Below, one piece after another: positions 8,590-17,579 of a DNA stretch of 64,000 bases. Both the position numbers and the translations under genes were made by a program. Position 1 is the first letter of the stretch. Each line of letters opens with the position of its first letter. Under the pieces are notes generated by a model, which was not told where the DNA came from, did no database searches, and saw nothing but the letters and a program-made list of their open reading frames with translations. Location: the IMG/VR virus record IMGVR_UViG_3300044825_003036. One strand, written 5' to 3'. The stretch is from an uncultured virus (IMG/VR IMGVR_UViG_3300044825_003036). Lineage: Duplodnaviria; Heunggongvirae; Uroviricota; Caudoviricetes.

Positions 8590-10205
8590 TGGCTGACGGG
8601 ATCTTGCCCACGCTGCTCCTCAACCCGACGCTGGGGCGAGTGAGCTTGGTTGACCTGGTCAACGGGCCCCGGTCTGCGTTGCTCGCGCAGTACGACGCCT
8701 ACGGCCGCAGTACCCAATACAACGCGCGCCGGTACGACTGGGATGGACGGATGCTTGGCTACGGCGAGCAGGCGGACATCAGCCCAGGCTGGTATGTGCC
8801 ACTCAAGCACCGCCAGCCGGCGGCGCGACTCGATCTGCCCAAGCTGATCAACAGCCGGCTGAGTGCGTTCGCGGTGGGCTCGGAGCGCTGGCCCGAGATC
8901 AAGGTGGCCGGCGACGAGGCCGCGGAGGACTTCGTCAAGGCGCTGGCGGAGGCCTGCGACATGCCGGCCAAAATTCTGGAGGCTCGGCAGAAGGGCGGCG
9001 CCTGCGGTACGGCCGTGGTGTCGTTCAAGTTCGCCGGGGGGTTGCCGCGCCTGCTCGTCCACGACGCCAGGCACATGCACATCCTCCGCTGGGCGGACCG
9101 CGATGAGCTTGTGGTTGGGGCCGTCCTGAAGGCGTACTCGTACCAGCGTACGGTGTACGACGAAGCAACGGGCAAGCCCAAGACGGTTACGCTCTACTAC
9201 GCGCGCTACTGGGACGAGACCGAGGAGCGGATTTGGGACCCGATCCCGGAGTACCTGGCGCGCCGTGGGGATTGGGTGACGACCGTCCCGAGCCAGGCGG
9301 TGGCGCACAATTTCGGGGAGTGCCCGGTGCACTGGTGTCAAAACCTGCCGGATTCAGAGCAGGAGGACGGCCAGAGCGACTTTGAAGGCTTGCTCGACCA
9401 GTTCGACCGAGTGAACGAAACGCTGTCTGCGACGCTCAAGGGCACCGTCGCGAACGTCGATCCCACGCTGGTGATCAACGACGACCCTGGCGCCAACCCT
9501 GGGGTGATTCGTAAGGGCTCGGGGACGGCGATCTACAGCAAGGGCGGCGCGGAGTACCTCGAATTGGAGGGGACTGCGGTGGAGTCGGGTCTGAAGGTCG
9601 TGGACCGCATTGCGCAGATGTGCCTGGACCTGGCGGGTGTGGTGGTCGCCGATCCGAAGGACTTGGCGAGCAAGGCTCAGAGCGCCGCGGGGCTCAAGAT
9701 CTTGTTTCAGCCGCAGATCGCGGTTTGCGACGTGCTCCGCTCGCAGTACGGCGGCTTGATTCGACGCCTGCTCTTGGCGATGCTGCGCGCCGCAAGGCTC
9801 GTGCTGGCATCGCCTGCGGGCCCTGTGGTGGACACCCCAGCTGGCCCAGTCCAGGAGAAGGCCGCGCTTCGGTTGCCGTCGAGGTTCGAGCGGGTCGACG
9901 GCGAGACGGTCGAGACAAAGCGCGAGCCGGGCACGTCGGAGAACATCTCGCTGGCGTGGCCGCCCTATTTCGCTGCGACGGCTGAGGATGTGGCGGCCGA
10001 CGTCAATAGTGCCAAGACCGCAAAGGGTGTGACGATCTCGGCTCGTACGGCGGTGCAGTTCACAGCGCGACACTTCGGCGTGACGGACGTGGACCGCGAG
10101 CTGGCGGAGATCGAGGTGGAGCGCGAGTCGGAAGTAAATGAGATGATCCGGCAGGCGCAGGATTCGGCGATGCCCAAACCGGGCGCGCTCGATGATAAGG
10201 AATAG
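8589..10205 (+). CDS. Portal protein (SPP1 gp6-like)
   Basis: Size and position after terL; HNFGECPV...DGQSDFE, AQSAAGLK, ISARTA...DVDRELAEI motifs. Confidence 0.88.
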   Translation: MADGILPTLLLNPTLGRVSLVDLVNGPRSALLAQYDAYGRSTQYNARRYDWDGRMLGYGEQADISPGWYVPLKHRQPAARLDLPKLINSRLSAFAVGSERWPEIKVAGDEAAEDFVKALAEACDMPAKILEARQKGGACGTAVVSFKFAGGLPRLLVHDARHMHILRWADRDELVVGAVLKAYSYQRTVYDEATGKPKTVTLYYARYWDETEERIWDPIPEYLARRGDWVTTVPSQAVAHNFGECPVHWCQNLPDSEQEDGQSDFEGLLDQFDRVNETLSATLKGTVANVDPTLVINDDPGANPGVIRKGSGTAIYSKGGAEYLELEGTAVESGLKVVDRIAQMCLDLAGVVVADPKDLASKAQSAAGLKILFQPQIAVCDVLRSQYGGLIRRLLLAMLRAARLVLASPAGPVVDTPAGPVQEKAALRLPSRFERVDGETVETKREPGTSENISLAWPPYFAATAEDVAADVNSAKTAKGVTISARTAVQFTARHFGVTDVDRELAEIEVERESEVNEMIRQAQDSAMPKPGALDDKE

Positions 10206-10207
10206 GG

Positions 10208-12307
10208 GTGGCAGCGACCGACGACGAGTTCGAGGCGGTGATCGAGGAGACACTGCGGCGGGCAGGGAAGGCCTACGTTGCGACGGGCTCCCTGCCCGTT
10301 ATCTTGTTGGAGGCAGACAAGCAGCTGGCGGCGAAGCTCGGCAAGGTCGTCGACAAGCAGGGCGCGGACGTGCGGTTCAGCGACGCTAGCGCGCTCTTGT
10401 TCCGTAGTCAGATCAAGCTGGTCCAGCAGTACGTCAACAAGCGGCTGCTCGGGCTCACCCACGAGAAGGCCAAGGAAGCGATCGCGATTGGGACGAAGGA
10501 CACGATCGCCCTGACCAAGAGCCTGGAGAAGCGCTTCACCGGCGTGGCCATTCCGTTGGCCATTGACGTCCAGGGCTGGCTCGACGCCAACGTTCGAGGA
10601 ACGGGCGCCAGCCTGCTGCGACAGCACCAGACGAGCGTGGACCGCTACGGGCAGCGGATGATCGCGGATTTTGAAAAGCAGCTCCGGGTGGGGCTCATGC
10701 TCGGGTTGAGCAATTCGGAGCTGGTGAGCCGGCTCGTAGAGGCTGGCAAGCACGGCGGGATCAACGCGGGCAAGCTCCACGAGGCAACGCCGGGGCACTT
10801 CCCGAAGCCCACGAGCTACGTCAAGCGCCGGTACTGGGCGGAGCGGATCGTCCGCACCGAGGTGGCGTTCGCGCACAACGCGGCCGCGCTCAGCTCGATC
10901 AACGAGCTCCGGGTGACCCAGTTCCCCGACATGGCGAAGAAGATCTTGGCGCACTTCGACAACCGGACCGCGCCGGACTCGGTTGCTGTGCACGGGCAGG
11001 TGCGCAAGGTTGACGAATATTTCATGGACGGTGCCGGGCGGCAGTACCTCCACCCGCCAGGGCGCCCCAACGATCGCGAGACGATCGTGCCGTGGCGGCT
11101 CTCGTGGAAGGAGCTCCCGAACACCGCGAGCCAGGACCCGAAAGAGACGAAGCCGCAAGCGCCGGTCCCGCCCAAGGGCCCCGAGGCGAGCCCTAACACG
11201 TTGTGGGGCGACATCCTGAGCACGAACGAGAAGGTGAAGGCTCAGAAGGCGGCAAAAGCTGAGGCCGAAACGAAGGCGTCCAACGCGAGCGCAGCGACGG
11301 CGGCCTTGGATGCGGCGGCGAAAGCCAAGCTGAAAGAAGCCATCGCGGCGCAGAAAGCGGCGTCCATTGCGCGGGCGAAGGCGCTGAAGGCGGCGCAAAA
11401 GGCGGCAGCTGCTGAGCAGCTCAAGCTGCAGAAGCAGGCAGAGCAAGCGAAAGCCAAAGCCGAGAAGGAACAAGCAAAGGCCGCGGCGAAAGCGGCGAAA
11501 GCGGCTGCCATCGAGAGGCTCAAGGCGCAAAAGGCGGCAGCTCAGGCTGCAAAGGTCGAGGCGCGGCGCGCGGCGCGGCAGAAACAGTCGCTGTCACAGG
11601 CTGATGATGCCCTGAAACGGGCCGAACGGGCCTGGGCTCAAGCCAAGACGCTGGGCGACAAGGCCAAGATCTTGGCGGACGTGCCGCGAGAGGCTCTGGC
11701 GGTAGACCTGAAGGCCCGAACGCATGATGGTGGATTGGTTGATCCGGCGGGGATCGCCTCGCGGTCGGCCGCATTTGGCAAGTCGCTACCAGACGAGCAA
11801 CGTCGCGCGATCCAGTCGTTCGGCGGCGCGCTATACACTGCCATCCGGCAATCGGAAGCCGCTGGGGCCCCGTCTGCAGCCAGCGATCTGATCCACGAGG
11901 CGCTCAAGCAGGGCACGCCGGAAAAGGGGCTCATTGTCTGGCGAGGGATCAGGAATATCCCGCTACAGGCGTTCGATTCGTGGCTCGCGGGCAAGCCGTT
12001 CATGCTGGGCGAGAACGGGGGGGCGGGCACTAGTTCCACGTCCTGGAATCAGGGAGTCTCAGCGTCCAGCTTCGCTGGGTTGGACCACCGCAAAGCCCAA
12101 TGGGGCGCAGGTGGTGGCGAGGGCCCACACAGGAACCGTGTGTTGTTCCGCCTTCGAAACGCTCGCGGTGTGGCTATTGAGGAGTTTGCGCCGTGGTCGA
12201 CGGAGCGCGAATTGGTGCAGCCTCGCGACGCACGGTTCGTGGCGACGAAGATCTATCAGATTGCCCCCCACTGCTATGTGGTGGAGGCCGACGGGTTGGA
12301 GGACTGA
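10208..12307 (+). CDS. MuF/SPP1 gp7-like head morphogenesis protein with an Ala/Lys linker and a C-terminal ADP-ribosyltransferase domain
   Basis: AERIVRTE...DNRT...HGQ...PPGRPNDR (MuF); C-terminal VWRG...STS...ERE (R-S-E ART signature). Confidence 0.88.
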   Translation: MAATDDEFEAVIEETLRRAGKAYVATGSLPVILLEADKQLAAKLGKVVDKQGADVRFSDASALLFRSQIKLVQQYVNKRLLGLTHEKAKEAIAIGTKDTIALTKSLEKRFTGVAIPLAIDVQGWLDANVRGTGASLLRQHQTSVDRYGQRMIADFEKQLRVGLMLGLSNSELVSRLVEAGKHGGINAGKLHEATPGHFPKPTSYVKRRYWAERIVRTEVAFAHNAAALSSINELRVTQFPDMAKKILAHFDNRTAPDSVAVHGQVRKVDEYFMDGAGRQYLHPPGRPNDRETIVPWRLSWKELPNTASQDPKETKPQAPVPPKGPEASPNTLWGDILSTNEKVKAQKAAKAEAETKASNASAATAALDAAAKAKLKEAIAAQKAASIARAKALKAAQKAAAAEQLKLQKQAEQAKAKAEKEQAKAAAKAAKAAAIERLKAQKAAAQAAKVEARRAARQKQSLSQADDALKRAERAWAQAKTLGDKAKILADVPREALAVDLKARTHDGGLVDPAGIASRSAAFGKSLPDEQRRAIQSFGGALYTAIRQSEAAGAPSAASDLIHEALKQGTPEKGLIVWRGIRNIPLQAFDSWLAGKPFMLGENGGAGTSSTSWNQGVSASSFAGLDHRKAQWGAGGGEGPHRNRVLFRLRNARGVAIEEFAPWSTERELVQPRDARFVATKIYQIAPHCYVVEADGLED

Positions 12308-12561
12308 TGACCAGAGTACAGCGACTAGTTGCGACAGGGTACCTTATGGCGAGACATTACGTGCGGGGGACCGAGCCGCCGTACCAACCGGAAGCCTTCC
12401 CGTTTGACCGGGTATCAGCCTACGGGCTCGACGGTGTCCCGCGTCGAGAGCTGGCGATCGCTGTTGCGGCCTTTGGGCATTACGTTAGGGATGGTGGAAA
12501 CGTGCCGGCGTCCGACGAAGAAAACGCGAAACTGATTGCCGCGGAGTTTTTTCCGAGCTAG
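12307..12561 (+). CDS. Small protein coupled to MuF-ART; candidate immunity protein
   Basis: TGATG overlap with the toxin-domain gene; 84 aa. Confidence 0.55.
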   Translation: MTRVQRLVATGYLMARHYVRGTEPPYQPEAFPFDRVSAYGLDGVPRRELAIAVAAFGHYVRDGGNVPASDEENAKLIAAEFFPS

Positions 12562-12564
12562 GTT
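12536..12564 (+). promoter_or_regulatory. Sigma70-type promoter of the accessory cassette
   Basis: TTGCCG-17 bp-TAGGTT followed by the hairpin/SD leader. Confidence 0.7.
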
Positions 12565-12601
12565 TTTTTTCGGGCCAACAAGGGCCCAACGAAAGGACAA
12601 C

Positions 12602-12874
12602 ATGGCTAGTTATCAGGAGGTGACCCTGGAGGTCACTGTCCCGCGTGGCGCCGGCTCGGATGCCGCGCCAGCGACGGGCGAGGTTGGCGAGAGATTGTGC
12701 CCTGTGACGGCGCAGCTGGTCGTTTGTGGCGAAGGGGCCACGCTATCGGTGCCCGAGCACGGGGTCCCAGAGATTCATGGGGCTCTCTTGTGCCAGCTCC
12801 GCGACGAAGGTTGGACTTGCCTGGGCTTGGGGCGCTGGGGGCGTTGGTGGTTTTCTCGCAAGGTGGGCTCATGA
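12602..12874 (+). CDS. Hypothetical protein
   Basis: ATG after AACGAAAGGACAAC. Confidence 0.65.
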   Translation: MASYQEVTLEVTVPRGAGSDAAPATGEVGERLCPVTAQLVVCGEGATLSVPEHGVPEIHGALLCQLRDEGWTCLGLGRWGRWWFSRKVGS

Positions 12875-13512
12875 AAGAGTTCAACGGGGACCTGTGGGCT
12901 TTCCACGAGGAGGGGTACCACGTGGTCGTGACCACCAATCTGGGGTGGGGCGAGCTGAGGAGCCCAACGGCTGTTTACAACAACATGGGGGCCGGCTCTG
13001 TGCAGGCGGCAGCTCGGCGGTGGCCGTGGCTTCCGGCCTGGTACGGGCGTCGCTGTTGTCAGTTTGCGGCTAGCCAGCTAGGCAGCATGCCGGTGCTCAA
13101 GCGCGATGACTTACGGGTAGTGTTTCTGCCAGTGAAGCCGCTGAACCGACGGAACCCGGCGGCCAGCTGGGATCAGTTGGCGTCGGTGCCGCTGATTCGG
13201 TCTGGGTTGGAGCAGCTCAGGAGCTGGTTTCTGGCTGAGAGAAAGCGTGGGATGGCGCTCCAGCTGGCTCTGACGCTGCCTGGCGCTGGTAACGGCGGAT
13301 TGGAGCGCGGGATGGTCTACGGGCTTGTTCGGGAGTGCCTGGACGACCTGGATGTGGCGTTGGTCGATCGACAGTTGGACGTTGCCCGAGCGGCTTGGGA
13401 GCATTCCCAGCGACTGTCCCCTGAGTGGGGCTCTTGTGTGAGCTGTGGCGGCGATCGTTTGGCGGATGAACTCGACCATGAGAGTCGCTGTCACGGGTGC
13501 GCGCGACCGTGA
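12871..13512 (+). CDS. Macrodomain protein (TARG1/DarG/Poa1-like ADP-ribosyl hydrolase) with a C-terminal CxxC-CxxC tail
   Basis: GDLW...VVVTTN...MGAG...FLPVK...W...LIRSGLEQL...PGAGNGGL. Confidence 0.8.
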   Translation: MKEFNGDLWAFHEEGYHVVVTTNLGWGELRSPTAVYNNMGAGSVQAAARRWPWLPAWYGRRCCQFAASQLGSMPVLKRDDLRVVFLPVKPLNRRNPAASWDQLASVPLIRSGLEQLRSWFLAERKRGMALQLALTLPGAGNGGLERGMVYGLVRECLDDLDVALVDRQLDVARAAWEHSQRLSPEWGSCVSCGGDRLADELDHESRCHGCARP

Positions 13513-14234
13513 GCCGGTTCAACTGGGACGCCTGGTCTAAAAAAAACGAGAACGGGTTTCGTAGGCTAGCGGCTTTCCTTGGGGTCCCGTTCGCGTGGAG
13601 CGAGTCGCGGGAGCGAGTCTGCGCTGCGGTCCGGGACATCATGATGGGACGCCAGCGTGAGTGGATGAAGGAGGAAAAAATGTACGACGTCAAAGCGAGT
13701 GAAGGAAGGGTAGCGGAGCTTGGGGGAATGACCATCCCGGGGTTCGGTCGGGTGAAGTCGATGATTGGGGCGTGGGCCTGGACCCCGGTCGAGCATTTGG
13801 AGATCCCGTGGTGGGAGCGGCAGTCTGGGATCGTTAGTGGGGCTTTGGTGCCGGCTTGCTGGGGGAAGCCGCGCGAAACTGAGTGTGAGATTTGCGCGGC
13901 GGCGCGGGCAGCTTTCGCAGAGTGGATCGAGTCGCTCCCAGTGGTACCGGAACACCAGGCGGGCGTTCGTCGCAATGGGGGTGGGCAGATTCACGAGCTC
14001 AAGACAATTCAACCGTTCTTTGGAGAGGTTGCTTCAGGAGCAAAGACGGCCGAGCTGCGAGTTGACGACCGAACGTTTTCGGTTGGTGACCAGTTAGTAC
14101 TCCGAGAGTTCACTGGCTCAGAATACCCAGGCGGCGAAATAGCGGTGGTGGTCACTCATGTGTTGAGAGGTTTCCGAGGCCTGGCGCCTGGATGGGTGAT
14201 GTTATCTTTCAAGAAGCTGGAGGTAGGCAAGTGA
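13509..14234 (+). CDS. Protein with a C-terminal DUF3850/ASCH-like domain
   Basis: HELKTIQPFFGEVASGAKTAELRVDDRTFSVGDQLVLREF. Confidence 0.75.
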   Translation: MSRFNWDAWSKKNENGFRRLAAFLGVPFAWSESRERVCAAVRDIMMGRQREWMKEEKMYDVKASEGRVAELGGMTIPGFGRVKSMIGAWAWTPVEHLEIPWWERQSGIVSGALVPACWGKPRETECEICAAARAAFAEWIESLPVVPEHQAGVRRNGGGQIHELKTIQPFFGEVASGAKTAELRVDDRTFSVGDQLVLREFTGSEYPGGEIAVVVTHVLRGFRGLAPGWVMLSFKKLEVGK

Positions 14235-14689
14235 GCCATGATGCGATGATCGAGGCCTGGATCACGGGCTACGTCCAGCGGGTGACGTCGATGGGCGCGC
14301 TGTCGCACAGGGCGCTAGTCGGACACTGTGGCGTGGCTTCGCGAGAGCTCGCCAAGGTGTTCGGTCTGACGGTGGTTCCGGGTTGGGTGTGCTTGTCTGC
14401 GAACGATGAGCGACCGGAACCAGGGGAACCAGCTCACCGCGCCGAGCACGTCTGGTGCGTGGACTCGACGGGGAAGATCTACGATCCGACCGTGCTCCAG
14501 TTCTTCCCCGAGGCCGTGTTTCGCTACGTACCTTGGCAGCCTGGGGACCGCGTGCGGACGGGTCGTTGCATGAACTGCGGCGACGACATCCACAGAGCCG
14601 TTCAGTCGTTGGACGAGCACGGGGGCCAACGGGACTACGTCTGTTCGCCGAAGTGCGAGCTGGAGCTGGACCGATGGTTCAACGGGTGA
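14231..14689 (+). CDS. Putative transglutaminase/papain-like fold protein with a zinc ribbon
   Basis: GHCGVAS...HVW...IYDPT (Cys-His-Asp order); CMNC...CSPKC. Confidence 0.55.
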   Translation: MSHDAMIEAWITGYVQRVTSMGALSHRALVGHCGVASRELAKVFGLTVVPGWVCLSANDERPEPGEPAHRAEHVWCVDSTGKIYDPTVLQFFPEAVFRYVPWQPGDRVRTGRCMNCGDDIHRAVQSLDEHGGQRDYVCSPKCELELDRWFNG

Positions 14690-15202
14690 GCCTGCGGCCG
14701 GAGCAACGGCACGCGGTGGCGCTTGGCGATCGGGTCGAGCTCTACCAAGGGCGACTACCCCAAGCCCACCGAAACGTTCGCGGAGATCGTTGCGAAGGTG
14801 GAAGCCACGGCAGGATCGGGCGCCGGTTCCGGGGTCCCTCTCTCCCCTCCCTACGGCGAGCGCGTTCGCCGGCCCCTCCGCACCTCCCGGAGGATCGTCA
14901 CAGCGCGGGCGCTTGCTTGCGAAGCGTGATGAGCAATACCGCGAGGAGATGATCGAGCAGCACCCGAGCCAGACGTTCGAGTTTGCTCGCGGCGAGCGTG
15001 AGGAGCTGCTCCGGCGTCGGTCGAGCGGAACCCTAGCTCAGGACCCCTGGTGCCGCCCCACGGATGGCGCGCTCTCGCCCCGAGAGTCGCAACGAGAAGA
15101 AGACTATCAGGCCGCTGAGCGCGAGCTGCGCTACGGGCTTCCGGATTCCCCAGGTGAGGCGATCGCAGTGGTTGGGGGCTCACCAGTTAGGTTTAGGTGA
15201 CT

Positions 15203-15676
15203 ATGAAAAACAACGAGTTGGCAGTGGGCGTGGCCGAAGCTCTCGGCGACTGGACAATCCAATATTGGAGCAAGGACGGTGAAGCGCTGTCCGTGCCGTC
15301 CTCCGTGGTTCGAGAGGCGGTCCACGAGGGAGTCAAGCAGCTGGTCCAAAACGGCGCCGAAGAGCCCGTCCATGTGACGCTTGGCCCGAACCTCATCGTT
15401 ACGGACCTTGACGACTCGACGTTCACGTTGGGTTCGGTGGGGGTCCCGTTGGGTTCCAGTGGGGAGAGGCTCACAATTGACGACGTGAGAGCTGGGGTTG
15501 CTCGGCTTCAACTTGGGCCAGACCGGGATCTGCCTGATGTCCAGCATTTCTTGCGTAAGGCCTACGGCCGCTACACGGCAAACAAGGCTGCAATGCCGGA
15601 GCTCGGGCGACTGGGCCGCGGTGTCCAAGGCGCCTGGGGTGCACGGCTCCTGGCGATCGTGAGCGGGCTGGGCTGA
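15203..15676 (+). CDS. Hypothetical protein (probably extends to 15745 past an in-frame TGA)
   Basis: SD AGGTGA; the in-frame continuation encodes FRCKACHCWHLG. Confidence 0.5.
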   Translation: MKNNELAVGVAEALGDWTIQYWSKDGEALSVPSSVVREAVHEGVKQLVQNGAEEPVHVTLGPNLIVTDLDDSTFTLGSVGVPLGSSGERLTIDDVRAGVARLQLGPDRDLPDVQHFLRKAYGRYTANKAAMPELGRLGRGVQGAWGARLLAIVSGLG

Positions 15677-15778
15677 TGGGGCGCCGTCAACCTGAACATG
15701 TTTCGCTGCAAAGCCTGCCATTGCTGGCATCTTGGGAACCGGTAGACGCGTTCCGGCCGTTGTGTCAGGATGGGGACC

Positions 15779-16069
15779 ATGGCCGAACGCAATCCTCGAT
15801 CAATCGCAATGTCTGGCAGCACTGGCGCAGGGGTCGGGAGCCCGTCGCCAGTGCCCAACCCTCAGGAGAACCCCGACTTCACGCAAGGCGGCGCACCTGC
15901 CGGGAAGTTCTTTTCGGAGGCTGAATTGCCGTCCGTCGCTGTCGTGGGTGGACCGCCCGCAACCTTCAACGGCTACACCCCCGACCCGTCACGCACCCCA
16001 CAGAGCTCGACCGTGGACGATCCTTCGGGCTTCGGCGTAGGCACGGCACCGAGCGGCTTGCGTCGCTGA
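15779..16069 (+). CDS. Small Pro/Gly-rich protein at the start of the head cluster
   Basis: ORF fits the gap; low-complexity sequence. Confidence 0.55.
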   Translation: MAERNPRSIAMSGSTGAGVGSPSPVPNPQENPDFTQGGAPAGKFFSEAELPSVAVVGGPPATFNGYTPDPSRTPQSSTVDDPSGFGVGTAPSGLRR

Positions 16070-16082
16070 GTAGGGGGCTACC

Positions 16083-16796
16083 TTGGCTTGTCAGGTCCAA
16101 CTCTCTGGGAAATTGGTGGTGGGTGGTGAAGGCTGCGGCTGCTCGGGTAGCAGCGCGCCCAGCAAACAAGCCCCGCTGTCGTTCGACTGCAGCGGGCGCT
16201 CTTACAGCGCGGTGGTGAGCTCTGACTGCCCGGTGATGGTTCAGACAGCTGGCGTCTTGGGGACGCATTGGACAGAGCTTGTCCCGGGGCAGCTGAAGAA
16301 CTTCCAGCTGCTCTACTTCAGGAGCCGAATGGTCCCGATGCGGCTGCGGATCGGCGCGGCGCCGGCGACGCTACTCGGCTCGGGCGCGTCGTGGCCGGTG
16401 TTGTTTGCCGGCGGCGAGACGTTCACACCAGTGGTGGACGGAGTTGCTGTGCCGGTGACGTTCACCGCGGGCAGTCGTTCGGCGCAGCAGGTAGCGACGC
16501 TGATCAACCAGGCTGCGGTCGGCGCTGGGCTCATGGCCTTGCCGGCATCGGTGGATGCGACTGGGCAGCTTCGGTTGACCGGGTCGGCGACGGGTGAGCA
16601 GGGGCTCTTGACGGTGACGACGGCGCTGGCGGCGATTGGGTTCGCTTCGACGGCGGCGCGTGACGTTGGCGCCGGTACAGATCTGGACGTCAACGGGCTG
16701 TGCCTGTTGCAGTTCGAGGAGCAGACGGCGCCGACACGGATTCAAGTGAGCGGCGTGGGTTGGGTGGAGTTTCTCGCGGCAGGAGCCGCAATTTAG
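16083..16796 (+). CDS. Putative virion structural protein with a sheath-like inserted beta domain
   Basis: Internal segment aligns by eye with the sheath insertion (VDG...VTFxxG...xQxVxxxINxA). Confidence 0.65.
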   Translation: MACQVQLSGKLVVGGEGCGCSGSSAPSKQAPLSFDCSGRSYSAVVSSDCPVMVQTAGVLGTHWTELVPGQLKNFQLLYFRSRMVPMRLRIGAAPATLLGSGASWPVLFAGGETFTPVVDGVAVPVTFTAGSRSAQQVATLINQAAVGAGLMALPASVDATGQLRLTGSATGEQGLLTVTTALAAIGFASTAARDVGAGTDLDVNGLCLLQFEEQTAPTRIQVSGVGWVEFLAAGAAI

Positions 16797-16825
16797 CAAC
16801 TGGGAACAAGGAAAGCAGGGAAATC

Positions 16826-17470
16826 ATGGGACGAACTCTCAAAGAGATTGCAAACGGTGGCGACACCAACCGACTGGGATTTGCGGCGCAAGCCGGTCGC
16901 TTGGGCTCGGCGGTGGCGCTGATTCCGCGCACGTACAAGGGGGCCGTTGCCTCTCACATCATGACGTTGCCGGCGACGGCGCGCGCCCGGACTGTGATTG
17001 CCGCGTTCGTGACGGCCGGCTCCGTTACAGGCAACATGACGCCGATCCCCGGCGGCGCTCCCACCACGGGCCAGGTTGGCGTGACGGCGGTCGGCAATAT
17101 CATCTTTGCAACGGCGGACGCCGTGACCGCGGCCGAGGTCGTCTACCTGACGCACGATGGTGAGATCATCGAGGAGATCGTCCCGGTGGTGTCCAACGTG
17201 GCAACGCCTTCGGGGGCGCGCGGTCTGAGCTTGCTCTTGGAGGCAGAAGCCAAGACTGGCTCGGTTACGGGTAGCAAGACCATCGACTTTCGTGCCGCCT
17301 CGATCACGACCGGCGAAGCGGGCATCAACCTGCTCGGAACCGGCGTGACGTTCGCGAGCGCGGACGCGGTGACGCTGGCACGGATCAAATACATTGCGAC
17401 GCCCGGTGTGGGCACGGCCAAACCGGCGATCGGGACCAACTGGGATCAGGACACCGGATACGCGTTCTGA
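16826..17470 (+). CDS. Putative head decoration/structural protein
   Basis: Thr/Ala/Gly-rich with an internal duplication (TTGQVGV..FATADAVTAA / TTGEAGI..FASADAVTLA); SD AAGGA. Confidence 0.6.
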   Translation: MGRTLKEIANGGDTNRLGFAAQAGRLGSAVALIPRTYKGAVASHIMTLPATARARTVIAAFVTAGSVTGNMTPIPGGAPTTGQVGVTAVGNIIFATADAVTAAEVVYLTHDGEIIEEIVPVVSNVATPSGARGLSLLLEAEAKTGSVTGSKTIDFRAASITTGEAGINLLGTGVTFASADAVTLARIKYIATPGVGTAKPAIGTNWDQDTGYAF

Positions 17471-17484
17471 CCCACGCCGTTGGG

Positions 17485-17513
17485 TTGTGTGTGGCGCCTC
17501 GCTGGGATACCCT
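17485..17513 (+). promoter_or_regulatory. Promoter upstream of the scaffold gene
   Basis: TTGTGT-17 bp-TACCCT. Confidence 0.45.
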
Positions 17514-17579
17514 GGCGGGGCGCTCCGCATTTGGGCGCTACGTGTACGGCCACGGTAACGGCCGGCGAAAAGGACCAGG

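Noticed and set aside
9965..11530. Long minus-strand ORFs (also 31805..33280, 48109..49377, 57458..58603 and others)
   Set aside because: Antisense shadows of real + strand genes in high-GC DNA, with Arg/Pro-rich composition and no motifs.
14686..15200. Overlapping partial ORFs that could be a recoded gene
   Set aside because: Coding-like segments switch frame without a recognisable signal; a pseudogene cannot be distinguished from sequencing error.
15674..15745. In-frame TGA followed by a good zinc-finger tail (NMFRCKACHCWHLGNR), suggesting readthrough or selenocysteine
   Set aside because: The TGA sits between two G-runs, and removing three Gs restores GLADGAVNLN. Homopolymer error is simpler, and TGA is used as a normal stop throughout the genome.
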